64,000 bases of DNA, from positions 85,869-149,868 of the forward strand of contig JBNKOC010000009.1 of NCBI GenBank assembly GCA_050294405.1, read 5' to 3'. This stretch comes from Fibrobacteria bacterium. Lineage in GTDB: Bacteria > Fibrobacterota > Fibrobacteria > UBA11236 > JADFYW01. Below the pieces are notes generated by a model, which had not been told where the DNA came from, ran no database searches, and saw nothing but the letters and a program-made list of their open reading frames with translations. Below are positions 49,279 to 59,299 of this stretch, piece by piece (positions within the stretch are counted from its first letter, which is position 1; each line of letters begins with the position of its first letter). The position numbers and the translations under genes were made by a program.

Positions 49279-51432
49279 ATGGCTATTTCTAAACCCAATT
49301 ACAAAATACCACTTACAGGGAAATGGCCTGTTTTTCTGCTCGGGCTTTTTTTTATGGCCCAATCTTTCGCCGCGGATATATCCCATGAAATAGCCCTGGA
49401 GACTTCCTTAAAAAAAATATTTGTGGAAAAACATCCCGAATGTGCGGATGGGGCTGTGGACTTAAGTTTAAAAAAAGTTCAATTAAAACTCGCTGCGGAT
49501 CCGGATGCTAACTTGAGCTGGAAATTGTTTTGCCTTGAATTTTGGCAAAGCATGGAAAACCCGGGACAGGCGAATTCCTTTGAAAAAAGGCTGTGGAAGG
49601 AATCGGCCGATAACATTGGACTTAATTGGGTTATTGGCCTGACGCTTTTAGACAGGCAACGTTACGAATTGAGCAGCAAATATTTACAGCGCAGTCACAA
49701 ACTAATGTTAAAAGAAGGACAGTTGCGTTCAGCCCAAATGGCCTTTTCTTTTTTTCATCGCGCCAATGGGGCCATAGCACAAAGGCAGTATCAAAGTGCG
49801 TTACATTATCTGGAGTGGGCTGACTTGTTTGATCCCCATTCGGAAGCCAATGTGTTAATGCGTTTGAAAATTCATTTACTGGAAAACCCTCCCTGGCAAT
49901 GGAATCCTGTGAAAATCTGGGAGTTGGTTAAAACCTGGCAGGCACGCCTGGTTCTCTTTCAAAATAAAACAAGTTTTACCCTCTTTATTTTTCAGTGGTT
50001 AAGAACAGCCGTTGGCATATTTTGCTTTTGTCTGACACTTGCTTTTTTATTTAAGCAATACCCTCAGGTTATACATCCTTATTCAGAAAGACTGAGCAAA
50101 AAAATAAGCATACATAAGAGATATCTGATTCTGGCTGTCCTGTTGGCCTTTATTCCCGTGGCGGGTTTTGGAATTATGGGTTGCGTTTTTATTTGCCTTT
50201 TATGGATAAGGCCTTTTCTTGATGTCAAGGATAAAAAAATAGCTAATGTTTGCCTGATATTAATGATGTTAGCTCCTTCCATACTTTGGATGGAATCCAG
50301 AATGTATTTGCATCGGCAAAATGGCTCTATTCAAAACTTGTACCAACAGGTTTATGAAAACGGTTGGGATAAAAAGCTTGAAAAAAAAGTGATCGATTTC
50401 GAAGCCTTAAGCCCCTACGAAAAAATGATGCGTTATATTTCCTGGTCAGTGCTGAAGCGGAAAATGGGGGACTATGCTAACGCTAAAATACTGGCTCTTC
50501 GCGCTGCGGAAATAAATCCCGAAAACCCCCATGTTCTTAACAATTTGGGCTCCATACATTTTGTTTTTGGGGAATACGACAAGGCAGGCAGCAACTTTAA
50601 AAAGGCGTCGTATAAGCTGACCAAAAGCCCGGAGCTTTATTTTAATCTGAGCCAGGTGGAGCTCTATCTTAATAACAGTTATAAACATGCCTTGCAATTA
50701 GAAAAAGCCATGTCTTATGGCAAAGAACATATTGGGGACTATATTGAAAAAAACGATCGCTTTATTTCTAAAAGAAAGTTTTCTGAAAAAGGAATCCAGG
50801 CCAGTTGGCCTCTGGTTAGAAAAACCATGGATTTGCCTCTGCAATGGAATGATGTTTTAAACTTTAGCCAGCCCTTTGCCTGGGAGGATTTTCAATATCA
50901 CTTTTTTAACCTGGAAGCGCCATCGCTGTTTTATTTGCTAATTGTTGCATTGGCTTTAATGCTGATAACATTGGCAAAAAGCTTTCCATCCCTTAGTTGG
51001 ACCTACGAACTCAATTTTATATGTAAATCCTGCGGGGCTGTTATTTGTAAACATTGCCGCAAAGGGCCTTATTGTTCCAATTGCAATTCGGTTTTGTCTG
51101 GAGTAGTGGATGAAGAAGTGAAAAAGGATTTGGTGTTGGAAATTCAAAAGAAAGAGAGAAATAAATTTAATTGGATTTCTATGTTATTAGATTCAACGGT
51201 ATTGGGCGTAGGGCAAATATATGCTAAAAAATCTTTTTGGGGTTATATACAAATTACAATTTTTAGTTTTTGTTTGGCGCTTGCCATTTCCTCCCGGTTT
51301 TTTCTTTCTGAATACACTTCTTTTTTAAATACCATGTTCTTAACCATCGCTGTTTTCCCTTTAGTTTTGGGTTATTTAGTAATGTGGGTAAAAATGGCCA
51401 TGTCTTTGAAGTGGCACGGGGTAGTTAAATAA
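49279..51432 (+). CDS. TPR-containing multi-pass membrane protein with Cys-rich Zn-finger-like motif
   Basis: Signal peptide, TM clusters, TPR 'NPENPHVLNNLG...G.YDKA', 'CKSCG..ICKHC.....CSNC'. Confidence 0.7.
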   Translation: MAISKPNYKIPLTGKWPVFLLGLFFMAQSFAADISHEIALETSLKKIFVEKHPECADGAVDLSLKKVQLKLAADPDANLSWKLFCLEFWQSMENPGQANSFEKRLWKESADNIGLNWVIGLTLLDRQRYELSSKYLQRSHKLMLKEGQLRSAQMAFSFFHRANGAIAQRQYQSALHYLEWADLFDPHSEANVLMRLKIHLLENPPWQWNPVKIWELVKTWQARLVLFQNKTSFTLFIFQWLRTAVGIFCFCLTLAFLFKQYPQVIHPYSERLSKKISIHKRYLILAVLLAFIPVAGFGIMGCVFICLLWIRPFLDVKDKKIANVCLILMMLAPSILWMESRMYLHRQNGSIQNLYQQVYENGWDKKLEKKVIDFEALSPYEKMMRYISWSVLKRKMGDYANAKILALRAAEINPENPHVLNNLGSIHFVFGEYDKAGSNFKKASYKLTKSPELYFNLSQVELYLNNSYKHALQLEKAMSYGKEHIGDYIEKNDRFISKRKFSEKGIQASWPLVRKTMDLPLQWNDVLNFSQPFAWEDFQYHFFNLEAPSLFYLLIVALALMLITLAKSFPSLSWTYELNFICKSCGAVICKHCRKGPYCSNCNSVLSGVVDEEVKKDLVLEIQKKERNKFNWISMLLDSTVLGVGQIYAKKSFWGYIQITIFSFCLALAISSRFFLSEYTSFLNTMFLTIAVFPLVLGYLVMWVKMAMSLKWHGVVK

Positions 51433-51433
51433 A

Positions 51434-52519
51434 ATGGCATTTAGCGGAAACTTAAAAGATGTGGGTTTGTCCGAGCTTTTTTCCCTTTTAGGGCAGCAGG
51501 GAAAATCCGGGACCCTGGTTTTGAAAAGAGGCTCACAACGGGCTATTCTGGAAATTCAAAAGGGCAAAATTACAGAAATAACCTTGGATAAAAAAACTCC
51601 AGAAAGTACCGTAAAGGATGTTTTAGTATACACCCAGAGAATTGAAGAAAAATTATTTTCGGATTTAAGAGCTGCAGCCTTTCGCACTCAAAAGAATTTT
51701 AGCCAACTGTTGGTGGAAAAAAATGTGCTGACGGAGCAGGAACGTATTAGCTGGTTTAAAATTGCCATGGAGGACATGGTGTTTGAACTTTTTAATTGGA
51801 AGGCCGGTGAATATGTATTTGAAACTTCCAATTCCTTTAATCCCTCTCCGTTTGAGGAAATGGAACTGGACTTGGATTATGTGATTTTAGAGGGCATGCG
51901 TCGTGTGGATGAATGGCCAAAATTAAATCGAAAGTTTCCTTCACGATGGGCGGTATTTAAAGTTACGGAGCCCAACTATGGTGAATATGATTTAGGCGAG
52001 GCTTCTGATGTAATCGAAAAGCTAGATGGGAAAAAAAGCATAGAAGATATTAGTAAGGAACTGCCCTTTGGACTTTTCAGGCTTTATTTTCACCTATCTG
52101 AATTGTGGAGCCAGGAATTTATAGCTCCAGCTCAGCAGGGAAAAAATATGAGCAAGCTGCTCAAGCAAAGTCAGGCTAATATCATTGTTAATAACAGCTA
52201 TCAATGGGTACTGACTTTACTAATATGCGTTTGTGTTTTGGGGGCTGGGTTGGCCTTTCGCTTTCAGGTGAGTGGCAAATTTTATTTGTCACAATCTGCC
52301 CTATATGAAATTAACCGTCAGCAAAATATGGAAATTCTGGAAAGAGCTTTAATAGATTATTTGGCTGCTGGGAGTTCTATCCCAAGAAATATAAAGGAGC
52401 TTAGGGCGGCGGGTTACCTGATTCCAAGATTATCCACCCAGGATTTTCAATTTGTGCTTCAAAAAAATATTCAAAGTTTTAAATTAGAAGAGAGTTCAGA
52501 AATTATTCGAAGCAATTAG
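51434..52519 (+). CDS. DUF4388 domain protein with a C-terminal TM helix
   Basis: 'MAFSGNLKD.GL.ELF.L....KSGTL', 'LF.WK.GEY.F', 'LEGMRRVDEW'. Confidence 0.85.
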   Translation: MAFSGNLKDVGLSELFSLLGQQGKSGTLVLKRGSQRAILEIQKGKITEITLDKKTPESTVKDVLVYTQRIEEKLFSDLRAAAFRTQKNFSQLLVEKNVLTEQERISWFKIAMEDMVFELFNWKAGEYVFETSNSFNPSPFEEMELDLDYVILEGMRRVDEWPKLNRKFPSRWAVFKVTEPNYGEYDLGEASDVIEKLDGKKSIEDISKELPFGLFRLYFHLSELWSQEFIAPAQQGKNMSKLLKQSQANIIVNNSYQWVLTLLICVCVLGAGLAFRFQVSGKFYLSQSALYEINRQQNMEILERALIDYLAAGSSIPRNIKELRAAGYLIPRLSTQDFQFVLQKNIQSFKLEESSEIIRSN

Positions 52520-52544
52520 TAGGTTAAAAAACCACAGGTCTTTT

Positions 52545-54047
52545 TTGGATAAACCCACAGAAAATTTTCCATCTTCACTGGATATAATTAGTCAGGAAAA
52601 AGAATCCTTGGATGTATTCCACGGAAGTTTGAATTTAATGTATGTAAATAACCTGATTCGTCAGGATAAACTGTCCCAGGCAAGCAGATATTTTTCCAGC
52701 GATTTCTTTCAACCTAATATTATTGAATCCAGGTTATGGTTTTTTACCCAAATTGAATTGTATGTGGGTTTAAAAGACTTTGAAGGGGCGAAAAACTTTC
52801 TGTTAAACAGGTTGAAAAAGTTTCCCAAAGATATGTCCTTATACAAGCTGCTTCAATATGTATTGTGGGTGGAATATCTGGATTGCAAGGAATTGTGGGA
52901 GATTTCTGACGGGGAAGAGCAAGTAACGGTTCAAAATGGAAACAGTTTGGATGCCCTGGAAGAATCCATTTTAAAGGAAAATTTTTTAACCCAGGACCTG
53001 GAGTTTTCATTTTGGAAAATGCGGGATTTAAATTCCAGCTTTAAAAAAAACGCAGGAGTTGATAAATATCGCGAACTGGCTGATTTGGGTATTCTTGCGA
53101 GTGATATTCACGAAATGTTTACCCGGGCTGGTTTTAATTCATTGGAATACTTGTTCCTGGAAGAACCAAAAAAGGCCTTCGAAAGCTTTCATATTGTCGA
53201 TAAAAATTTTATGGCGAAGTTTCAGAGAAAATCTTCCCTATGCAGCTATATATACATGTTGAAAGACTCGCGAGAATCTGAATTAAAAAGAAGCGGATTG
53301 AAAACATCAAAAATTGCCGTAGTAAAAAAAAGGAAACTTAGCTCTTTTTATGCGGCAACCCTAATTTCCAGCTCAAATATCCAGGATTGTCTCAGTTACA
53401 TTTCCTTAAATAAGGGGATTTTAGGAGCTTATTATATAGATGCCTGCGGGTTTCCAATTGCCATCGGTGAAAATTCATCGCCCCAATTTTTAAAATCCGG
53501 TTTAAAATTTATTTCGCAGTTTCAAAAAAATTACGAGTCTATGTATAGGGAAAATGAAGAGCTTCTGTCCCAAAGTTTGCATTTTTCCCAACATTATTTT
53601 TACCAGATATTTAAACTTGCCAATAATTATTTGCTCATTTGTGGAGAATCCCAGCGTTTTGACATACTCAAAGCTTCCTTTGAGAGGTGCCGCATGGCCA
53701 TTGCAAAAATTCAGGAACAGCCAAATTCAGGCTCCCGCCTGGGAAGAATTGCCAAAATTGAAACGGTGAGAAGCCTTTGTTTAATTCGGGATTTAAAAAA
53801 TTCCGAAGAAATTCGCTGGAAAGGACAGGAACCCGAAGGCCTAAATGTGGTTGAATTGTTAGAAAAGCTCCAAAATTATGCGCAAACAGCAAATTTTGAG
53901 AAATTTCAGGAGTTCATTCTGGGATCAAAAAGTGTTATAATTTTTGGACATAGGGTTCGGAAAAAATTTCTCATTGTTCTTGCAGATAAAAATGCAGAAA
54001 TGGGCCGAATTCGATGGGAAATGAAAAAGTCTTTAGAAATCGAATGA
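52545..54047 (+). CDS. Hypothetical protein with TPR-like N-terminus and degenerate roadblock/LC7 (MglB-like) repeats
   Basis: 'KGILGAYYIDACGFPIA' and 'FLIVLADKNAEMGRIRWEMKK' resemble roadblock ends; directly upstream of mglA. Confidence 0.55.
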   Translation: MDKPTENFPSSLDIISQEKESLDVFHGSLNLMYVNNLIRQDKLSQASRYFSSDFFQPNIIESRLWFFTQIELYVGLKDFEGAKNFLLNRLKKFPKDMSLYKLLQYVLWVEYLDCKELWEISDGEEQVTVQNGNSLDALEESILKENFLTQDLEFSFWKMRDLNSSFKKNAGVDKYRELADLGILASDIHEMFTRAGFNSLEYLFLEEPKKAFESFHIVDKNFMAKFQRKSSLCSYIYMLKDSRESELKRSGLKTSKIAVVKKRKLSSFYAATLISSSNIQDCLSYISLNKGILGAYYIDACGFPIAIGENSSPQFLKSGLKFISQFQKNYESMYRENEELLSQSLHFSQHYFYQIFKLANNYLLICGESQRFDILKASFERCRMAIAKIQEQPNSGSRLGRIAKIETVRSLCLIRDLKNSEEIRWKGQEPEGLNVVELLEKLQNYAQTANFEKFQEFILGSKSVIIFGHRVRKKFLIVLADKNAEMGRIRWEMKKSLEIE

Positions 54048-54062
54048 GTTTAGGCGGAAATT

Positions 54063-55382
54063 GTGGTTTCCATAAATAACGAAAAAAAAGAAATTAACTG
54101 CAAAATCGTGTATTACGGCCCTGGTTTAGGTGGAAAAACCACTAACTTGCAGGTAATCCACAGAAAAGTTCCGTCTAAAAATAAAAGCGATATGGTTTCT
54201 TTGGCTACTGAATCGGACCGCACTTTATTTTTTGACTATCTGCCTTTGGACTTAGGTAACATCAAGGGCTTTAGCACCAAGTTTCAATTGTATACTGTGC
54301 CTGGCCAGGTTTATTATAACGAAACCCGCAAATTGGTTTTGCGTGGGGTAGATGGAATTGTATTTGTGGCGGATTCCCAATTGGATATGATGCAGGAAAA
54401 TTTGGATAGCTTATATAACCTGGAGCAAAATCTCATAAAAGCCGGTTATGAAATGAAGAATATACCCATGGTTATTCAGTATAACAAAAGAGATATGGGG
54501 AAGGTCCTTTCCATATCAGAACTAGAATCTAAATTAAATTCATTCGATGCTCCATTTTTTGAGGCTGTGGCGATAAAGGGCCAGGGGGTTTTTGAAACTT
54601 TAAAAGCCATTAGCAAGGCTGTGATACATAAGTACAATACCGACTCTTCCAGAGGTTTAACCGTTAGAAAGTTTAAAAAGAAAACACCCTCTGAAATTGT
54701 TGAAGAAGAAAAATCTAGGGATGTTATTCCTCCAATTTCAACTCCAGCAGAAACTCCCAAACCACTTCCTTTGGAAGCCGAAAACGTGGATGCGGAAATC
54801 CAAAACTATATAAAAAGCCGGAAATCCAATCCTGAGCCAAAGGCCCCTGATGTTATTGAAGACCAGGAACTGGTTTTGGATTCTCCAACCCATGAGGACG
54901 AACCTCAAGAGTTGGAAATGGAAACCGTCAGTGATCTCAGCCTTGAGCCATTAGCGCCCGAAGAAACCCTATCTGAATCAAAAACAGAAGATTCGGAAGA
55001 TTCTGTTTTGGACTTAGATACATCTGGATACAATGGAGCTTTTCTAGATAACGAAAAAAGCGGAGAAGAAAAAGGTGAATCATCCGAGGAAGATTATCAA
55101 CAGGATGAGGAAAACCAAATTGAAGATATTGGCCTTAGCCAATCTTTGGCCCAGTCACAAGACAAAAAAAAATCCGAGAACCCTTTTATGGATTCTGAAG
55201 GGGATTCCGAATTTGATTATACTCCGGACAAGCCCGGGTACACTGGGGTGAGCGATGATTTGGATGAGGACAGCTCCGCCTTTTTAGATATTAAACCCTA
55301 TACCGGGCTTAGCGAAGAAGAAAAAAAGAAAAAGGACGATGGGTTGGATTTTGATCCTTATGGAGATGGGTCTAACTATTAA
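54063..55382 (+). CDS. mglA: MglA-family small GTPase with long acidic C-terminal extension
   Basis: 'KIVYYGPGLGGKTTNL', 'DRTLFFD', 'TVPGQV.Y', 'DG.VFVADS', 'NKRD'. Confidence 0.9.
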   Translation: MVSINNEKKEINCKIVYYGPGLGGKTTNLQVIHRKVPSKNKSDMVSLATESDRTLFFDYLPLDLGNIKGFSTKFQLYTVPGQVYYNETRKLVLRGVDGIVFVADSQLDMMQENLDSLYNLEQNLIKAGYEMKNIPMVIQYNKRDMGKVLSISELESKLNSFDAPFFEAVAIKGQGVFETLKAISKAVIHKYNTDSSRGLTVRKFKKKTPSEIVEEEKSRDVIPPISTPAETPKPLPLEAENVDAEIQNYIKSRKSNPEPKAPDVIEDQELVLDSPTHEDEPQELEMETVSDLSLEPLAPEETLSESKTEDSEDSVLDLDTSGYNGAFLDNEKSGEEKGESSEEDYQQDEENQIEDIGLSQSLAQSQDKKKSENPFMDSEGDSEFDYTPDKPGYTGVSDDLDEDSSAFLDIKPYTGLSEEEKKKKDDGLDFDPYGDGSNY

Positions 55383-55412
55383 AACCCCATAAAAATTCAG
55401 CGTCGCGGATAA

Positions 55413-56204
55413 TTAAAGAAGTAAATCCCCAAGCCTGGTAATTATTTTTTCCGGTTCCTTTACTAAGGACTCTCCAATCAACACAGCCTGAATGTTTCCC
55501 TTTTTAAGGGTTTCAATATCTTCTCTGGTGGAAATCCCGGATTCGGAAACCACGGGAATGGTGTTGGGTATCAAAGGCCTTAGTTTTTCTGTGGTGTTAA
55601 GGCTGGTTTCAAAAGTTTCCAAATTGCGATTGTTTATACCTATAATTTCTGCGCCACAATCAAGGGCTCTTTTGACTTCTTCTTCACTATGCACTTCCAC
55701 CAAGGCATCCAATTCCAATTCTTTCCCAAGACGGATAAAATCTTTGACTTCTTTATCTGTTAGGCATGCCATAATAAGCAAAAAGGCATTAGCGCCAATA
55801 CATCGCGCTTCATAAATTTGATAGGGGTCCACAATAAAATCTTTGCGCAAAACAGGAAGGGAAACCGAATAGGCGATTTCCTGGAGGTAATCATTACATC
55901 CCATAAAATATTTTTCTTCTGTCAATACGGAAAGAGCGCTTGCTCCGCCTTTTTGATAAGCCTGGGCAATGTTTAGAGGGACAAAGTTCTGGCAAATAAT
56001 TCCTTTTGATGGGGAAGCCTTTTTAACTTCAGCAATAATATGTATGCCGCTTGGACTTGGAGAAGCAAGGGCTTTAATAAAAGGGTACTTTGGAGTTAAA
56101 AGGGCAGGAATTGCCTGTTCCAAGGCAGATTGAGGAAACTGCTCTTTAACGAGCTCTAAATCTTTTTTCCGGGTTTCTATTATTTCCTGTAAAATATTTC
56201 TCAT
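55413..56204 (-). CDS. trpC: Indole-3-glycerol phosphate synthase
   Basis: 'IAEVKKASPSKG', 'SVLTE', 'LRKDF', 'GINNRNL', 'SESGI'. Confidence 0.96.
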   Translation of the reverse strand: MRNILQEIIETRKKDLELVKEQFPQSALEQAIPALLTPKYPFIKALASPSPSGIHIIAEVKKASPSKGIICQNFVPLNIAQAYQKGGASALSVLTEEKYFMGCNDYLQEIAYSVSLPVLRKDFIVDPYQIYEARCIGANAFLLIMACLTDKEVKDFIRLGKELELDALVEVHSEEEVKRALDCGAEIIGINNRNLETFETSLNTTEKLRPLIPNTIPVVSESGISTREDIETLKKGNIQAVLIGESLVKEPEKIITRLGDLLL

Positions 56205-56205
56205 G

Positions 56206-57213
56206 TTAGTGAGAGAACTCCACAAACTTTTTTAAGGTTTCTTTTGCTTTTCCCGAGTCAATGGCCTCTTTAGCCTGTTCTACTCCTTCTAATATGCTGC
56301 TGGCTTTGCCGCTTACATATATTGCAGCTCCCGCATTCGCCAACACAATATTGCGTTTAGCGCCCTGTTTGCCATCTAAAATATCTTTTATAATTTTGGC
56401 GTTTTCTTCAGGAGTGCCCCCCTTTAACTCTTCTAAAGTACAGGCTTCAAGCTTTAAGTCCGCGGGCTCTAATGTATATTGGCTGATTTTTCCGGCATCC
56501 AACTCTACCACATGGGTTTTTGCACTTAGACTGATTTCGTCCAGGCCATCTTCCCCGCAAACAACCATTACTTTTTCGGATCCCAGTTTGTTAAGGACTT
56601 CGGCCATTATGGGGCCAAATTTAAAGTCGAACACACCTATAACCTGTCTTTTTGCATTGGCGGGATTAAGCATGGGTCCCAAAATATTAAAAAGGGTGCG
56701 TTGTTTTAATTCCTGACGAATGGGTCCGACATGGCGCATGGCGCTGTGTAAATTCATGGCAAATAAAAAACCGATGTTATTCTTGTCGATGGATTGGCCA
56801 ACTTGTTCGGCCGTTAAATCAAGGTTAAGGCCCAACTCTTGCAACACATTGGCGCTTCCGCAGGAGCTGCTCATAGCTTTATTGCCGTGCTTAGCTACGG
56901 GAATTCCGGCAGCGGCAGCCACAATAGCGCTGGTTGTGCTTATGTTAAAAGAGCCTGAATGGTCTCCGCCAGTGCCGCAGGTATCAATCACATCGCTTTT
57001 TACGGTGGGGATTTTGGTGGCTTTTTCTCTTAGTGTTGTAACCGCAGCAGCGATTTCCTCGATGCTTTCTCCCTTGCAGCGAAGCGCCGTTAGAAAAGAA
57101 GAAATTAATACGGGAGTGCACTTTCCCTCCATGATTAAATCCATGCAGTTTTTCATTTCTTCAAAACTTAGGCTTTGGCCATCCATTAACTTGCCAAGTT
57201 CGGAGTGAATCAT
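56206..57213 (-). CDS. trpD: Anthranilate phosphoribosyltransferase
   Basis: 'DTCGTGGD...FNIST', 'KHGN', 'GLDEIS'. Confidence 0.96.
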   Translation of the reverse strand: MIHSELGKLMDGQSLSFEEMKNCMDLIMEGKCTPVLISSFLTALRCKGESIEEIAAAVTTLREKATKIPTVKSDVIDTCGTGGDHSGSFNISTTSAIVAAAAGIPVAKHGNKAMSSSCGSANVLQELGLNLDLTAEQVGQSIDKNNIGFLFAMNLHSAMRHVGPIRQELKQRTLFNILGPMLNPANAKRQVIGVFDFKFGPIMAEVLNKLGSEKVMVVCGEDGLDEISLSAKTHVVELDAGKISQYTLEPADLKLEACTLEELKGGTPEENAKIIKDILDGKQGAKRNIVLANAGAAIYVSGKASSILEGVEQAKEAIDSGKAKETLKKFVEFSH

Positions 57214-57785
57214 GCTTTCCCTTTCATGTTTAGAAAGTTTTTAATAATAGTTTTGCCATGCTGGGTTAAAATAGATTCCGGGTGGAATTGCAGGCCATAA
57301 ATAGGCTTTTCCTTATGTTGCATGCCCATAATAATACCATCCTCAGATTGCGAGGTTACTTCCAATACATCAGGCAAAGATTCTTTTTCCACAATTAAGG
57401 AGTGGTAACGGGTTGCCGTAAAGCTTTGGGGCAAATCTTCAAAAAGCCCTTTTTGATTGCAACTTATACTGGAGGTCTTTCCATGCATAAGCTGTGGGGC
57501 GCGTATAACATTGCCCCCAAATGCTTCGCCTATACTTTGGTGCCCCAAGCATACTCCCAAAAGCGGTATGGATGAAGGCGTTTTTTGTATTAACTCTACT
57601 GAAATCCCCGCCTCTTTGGGAGTGCATGGGCCTGGGGAAACAATTATATGGCTGGGCTTTTTTTCCAATAATTCTTCGGGTGTTGCCTTGTCGTTGCGCA
57701 CCACCAGAATATCTTTGTTTAGTTCGCCTACATATTGCACCAAGTTAAAGGTGAAGGAATCGTAATTGTCAATAACCAAAATCAC
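57210..57785 (-). CDS. trpG: Anthranilate synthase component II
   Basis: 'IDNYDSFT.NL', 'SPGPC.P', 'GVCLGHQ', 'QFHPES'. Confidence 0.93.
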   Translation of the reverse strand: MILVIDNYDSFTFNLVQYVGELNKDILVVRNDKATPEELLEKKPSHIIVSPGPCTPKEAGISVELIQKTPSSIPLLGVCLGHQSIGEAFGGNVIRAPQLMHGKTSSISCNQKGLFEDLPQSFTATRYHSLIVEKESLPDVLEVTSQSEDGIIMGMQHKEKPIYGLQFHPESILTQHGKTIIKNFLNMKGKA

Positions 57786-59242
57786 TAGAGTTCCCCCGCC
57801 AGTTTAACCGCCTTTTGAATAGCTGCGGCTTTGTTTTGGGTTTCTACAAATTCGGTCTCGGGAACAGAATCGGCTACCAGGCCCGCGCCTGATTGTAAGT
57901 AACCTTTTCCATTTTTCATAACCAGAGTTCTGATGGCAATACATGAATCCAAATTTCCGTTAAAATCCAAATAGCAAATAGCCCCGCCGTAAAGGCCTCT
58001 TTTATGAGGTTCTAATTCGTCTATAATTTCCATGGCTCTTATTTTTGGAGCACCTGAGAGTGTGCCTGCCGGAAAGCAGGATGTTAATGCATCCAGGCAA
58101 TGGGTGCCTTTTTTTAATTTTCCCTGAACATCGGATACAATGTGCATAATATGGCTATAGCGCTCTATTTGCATAAATTGGGTGACTTCCACGCTGCCAT
58201 ATTCACAAATTCGACCCACATCATTACGGCCTAAATCCACTAGCATAACATGTTCAGCGATTTCCTTGGCATCTTCTAAGAGCTCTTTGGCAAAGCTATT
58301 GTCCTCTTCTTCTGTTTTTCCCCGGGGGCGTGAACCGGCAATGGGTCGGGTTTCCACAACTCCGTTATTTACCCGGACTAACATTTCAGGTGAAGCGCCC
58401 ACCACTTCCACATCTTCGAATTTAAGATAGTACATATAAGGGCTGGGGTTCACCGTTCTTAAAGCCCGATAAACCTGGAGGGCCTCAGGCCCGATATCCG
58501 CCATAAACCTTTGAGATAATACTATTTGAAAAGCGTCACCGGCTAAAATGTATTCTTTACATTTTTCCACAGACTCCATAAATTTTTCTTTTTTTGTATT
58601 GGAGACCCATTGCGATGTGCTGTTTTGGGCTTCTTTAGGCAAGCTATAGGCCTGGGATAATTCCTGTTCAAGGTGGTTTATGTTGTTGACAGCAACCTTG
58701 TAGGCGTTTTCCACTCCATTGTATACGTCTACCAAAACATTGCTGACCACATACAAGCGATGCTTTACATTGTCGAAAACCAAAAAACTGTCGTAAACGC
58801 CAATATGTATGTCATCAAGCTGAAAACTGTCTTCGTTGTTGTCGGGGATATCCTCAATTAAACGGATAGCATCGTAGGCGATAAACCCCACACCTCCACC
58901 GGAAAAAGCAGGCAAATTGGGGTCGAGGACACCTTTAAATTGCTGGAAAAATTTTTTCAGCTCCGTTAAGGGCTCGCCTTCATAAGATTTTGGCTGGATG
59001 CCGTTGATTCTAATTTGATTGGCCTTAGAGCGGAAAGTGAAAAGAGGCGTTTTGCCTAGAAACGAATATCGTGCGATTTTTTCTCCGCCTTCCACAGACT
59101 CCAGAAGGAATATTTGTTCCGCATCTTTTTTTAATTTAAGCAAAGCCGTAATGGGAGTTTCCAAATCCGCAAAAAGCTCCCGGTAAATGGGAATAACATT
59201 GCCTTTTTGGGCCAGGGTTTTAACTTCTTCCAGGCTTTTCAC
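57785..59242 (-). CDS. trpE: Anthranilate synthase component I
   Basis: 'LLESVEGG', 'NPSPYM', 'EHVMLVDLGRND', 'PAGTLSGAPK', in trp operon context. Confidence 0.95.
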   Translation of the reverse strand: MKSLEEVKTLAQKGNVIPIYRELFADLETPITALLKLKKDAEQIFLLESVEGGEKIARYSFLGKTPLFTFRSKANQIRINGIQPKSYEGEPLTELKKFFQQFKGVLDPNLPAFSGGGVGFIAYDAIRLIEDIPDNNEDSFQLDDIHIGVYDSFLVFDNVKHRLYVVSNVLVDVYNGVENAYKVAVNNINHLEQELSQAYSLPKEAQNSTSQWVSNTKKEKFMESVEKCKEYILAGDAFQIVLSQRFMADIGPEALQVYRALRTVNPSPYMYYLKFEDVEVVGASPEMLVRVNNGVVETRPIAGSRPRGKTEEEDNSFAKELLEDAKEIAEHVMLVDLGRNDVGRICEYGSVEVTQFMQIERYSHIMHIVSDVQGKLKKGTHCLDALTSCFPAGTLSGAPKIRAMEIIDELEPHKRGLYGGAICYLDFNGNLDSCIAIRTLVMKNGKGYLQSGAGLVADSVPETEFVETQNKAAAIQKAVKLAGEL

Positions 59243-59299
59243 AATTCCTCGTTTTTACACTCAATATAATACAATTTGCAAAAAACCAGGGGAGCGGAT

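Noticed and set aside
59243..59299. trp attenuator or leader peptide
   Set aside because: Only 57 bp separate valS and trpE, with no Trp-rich leader ORF or terminator hairpin.
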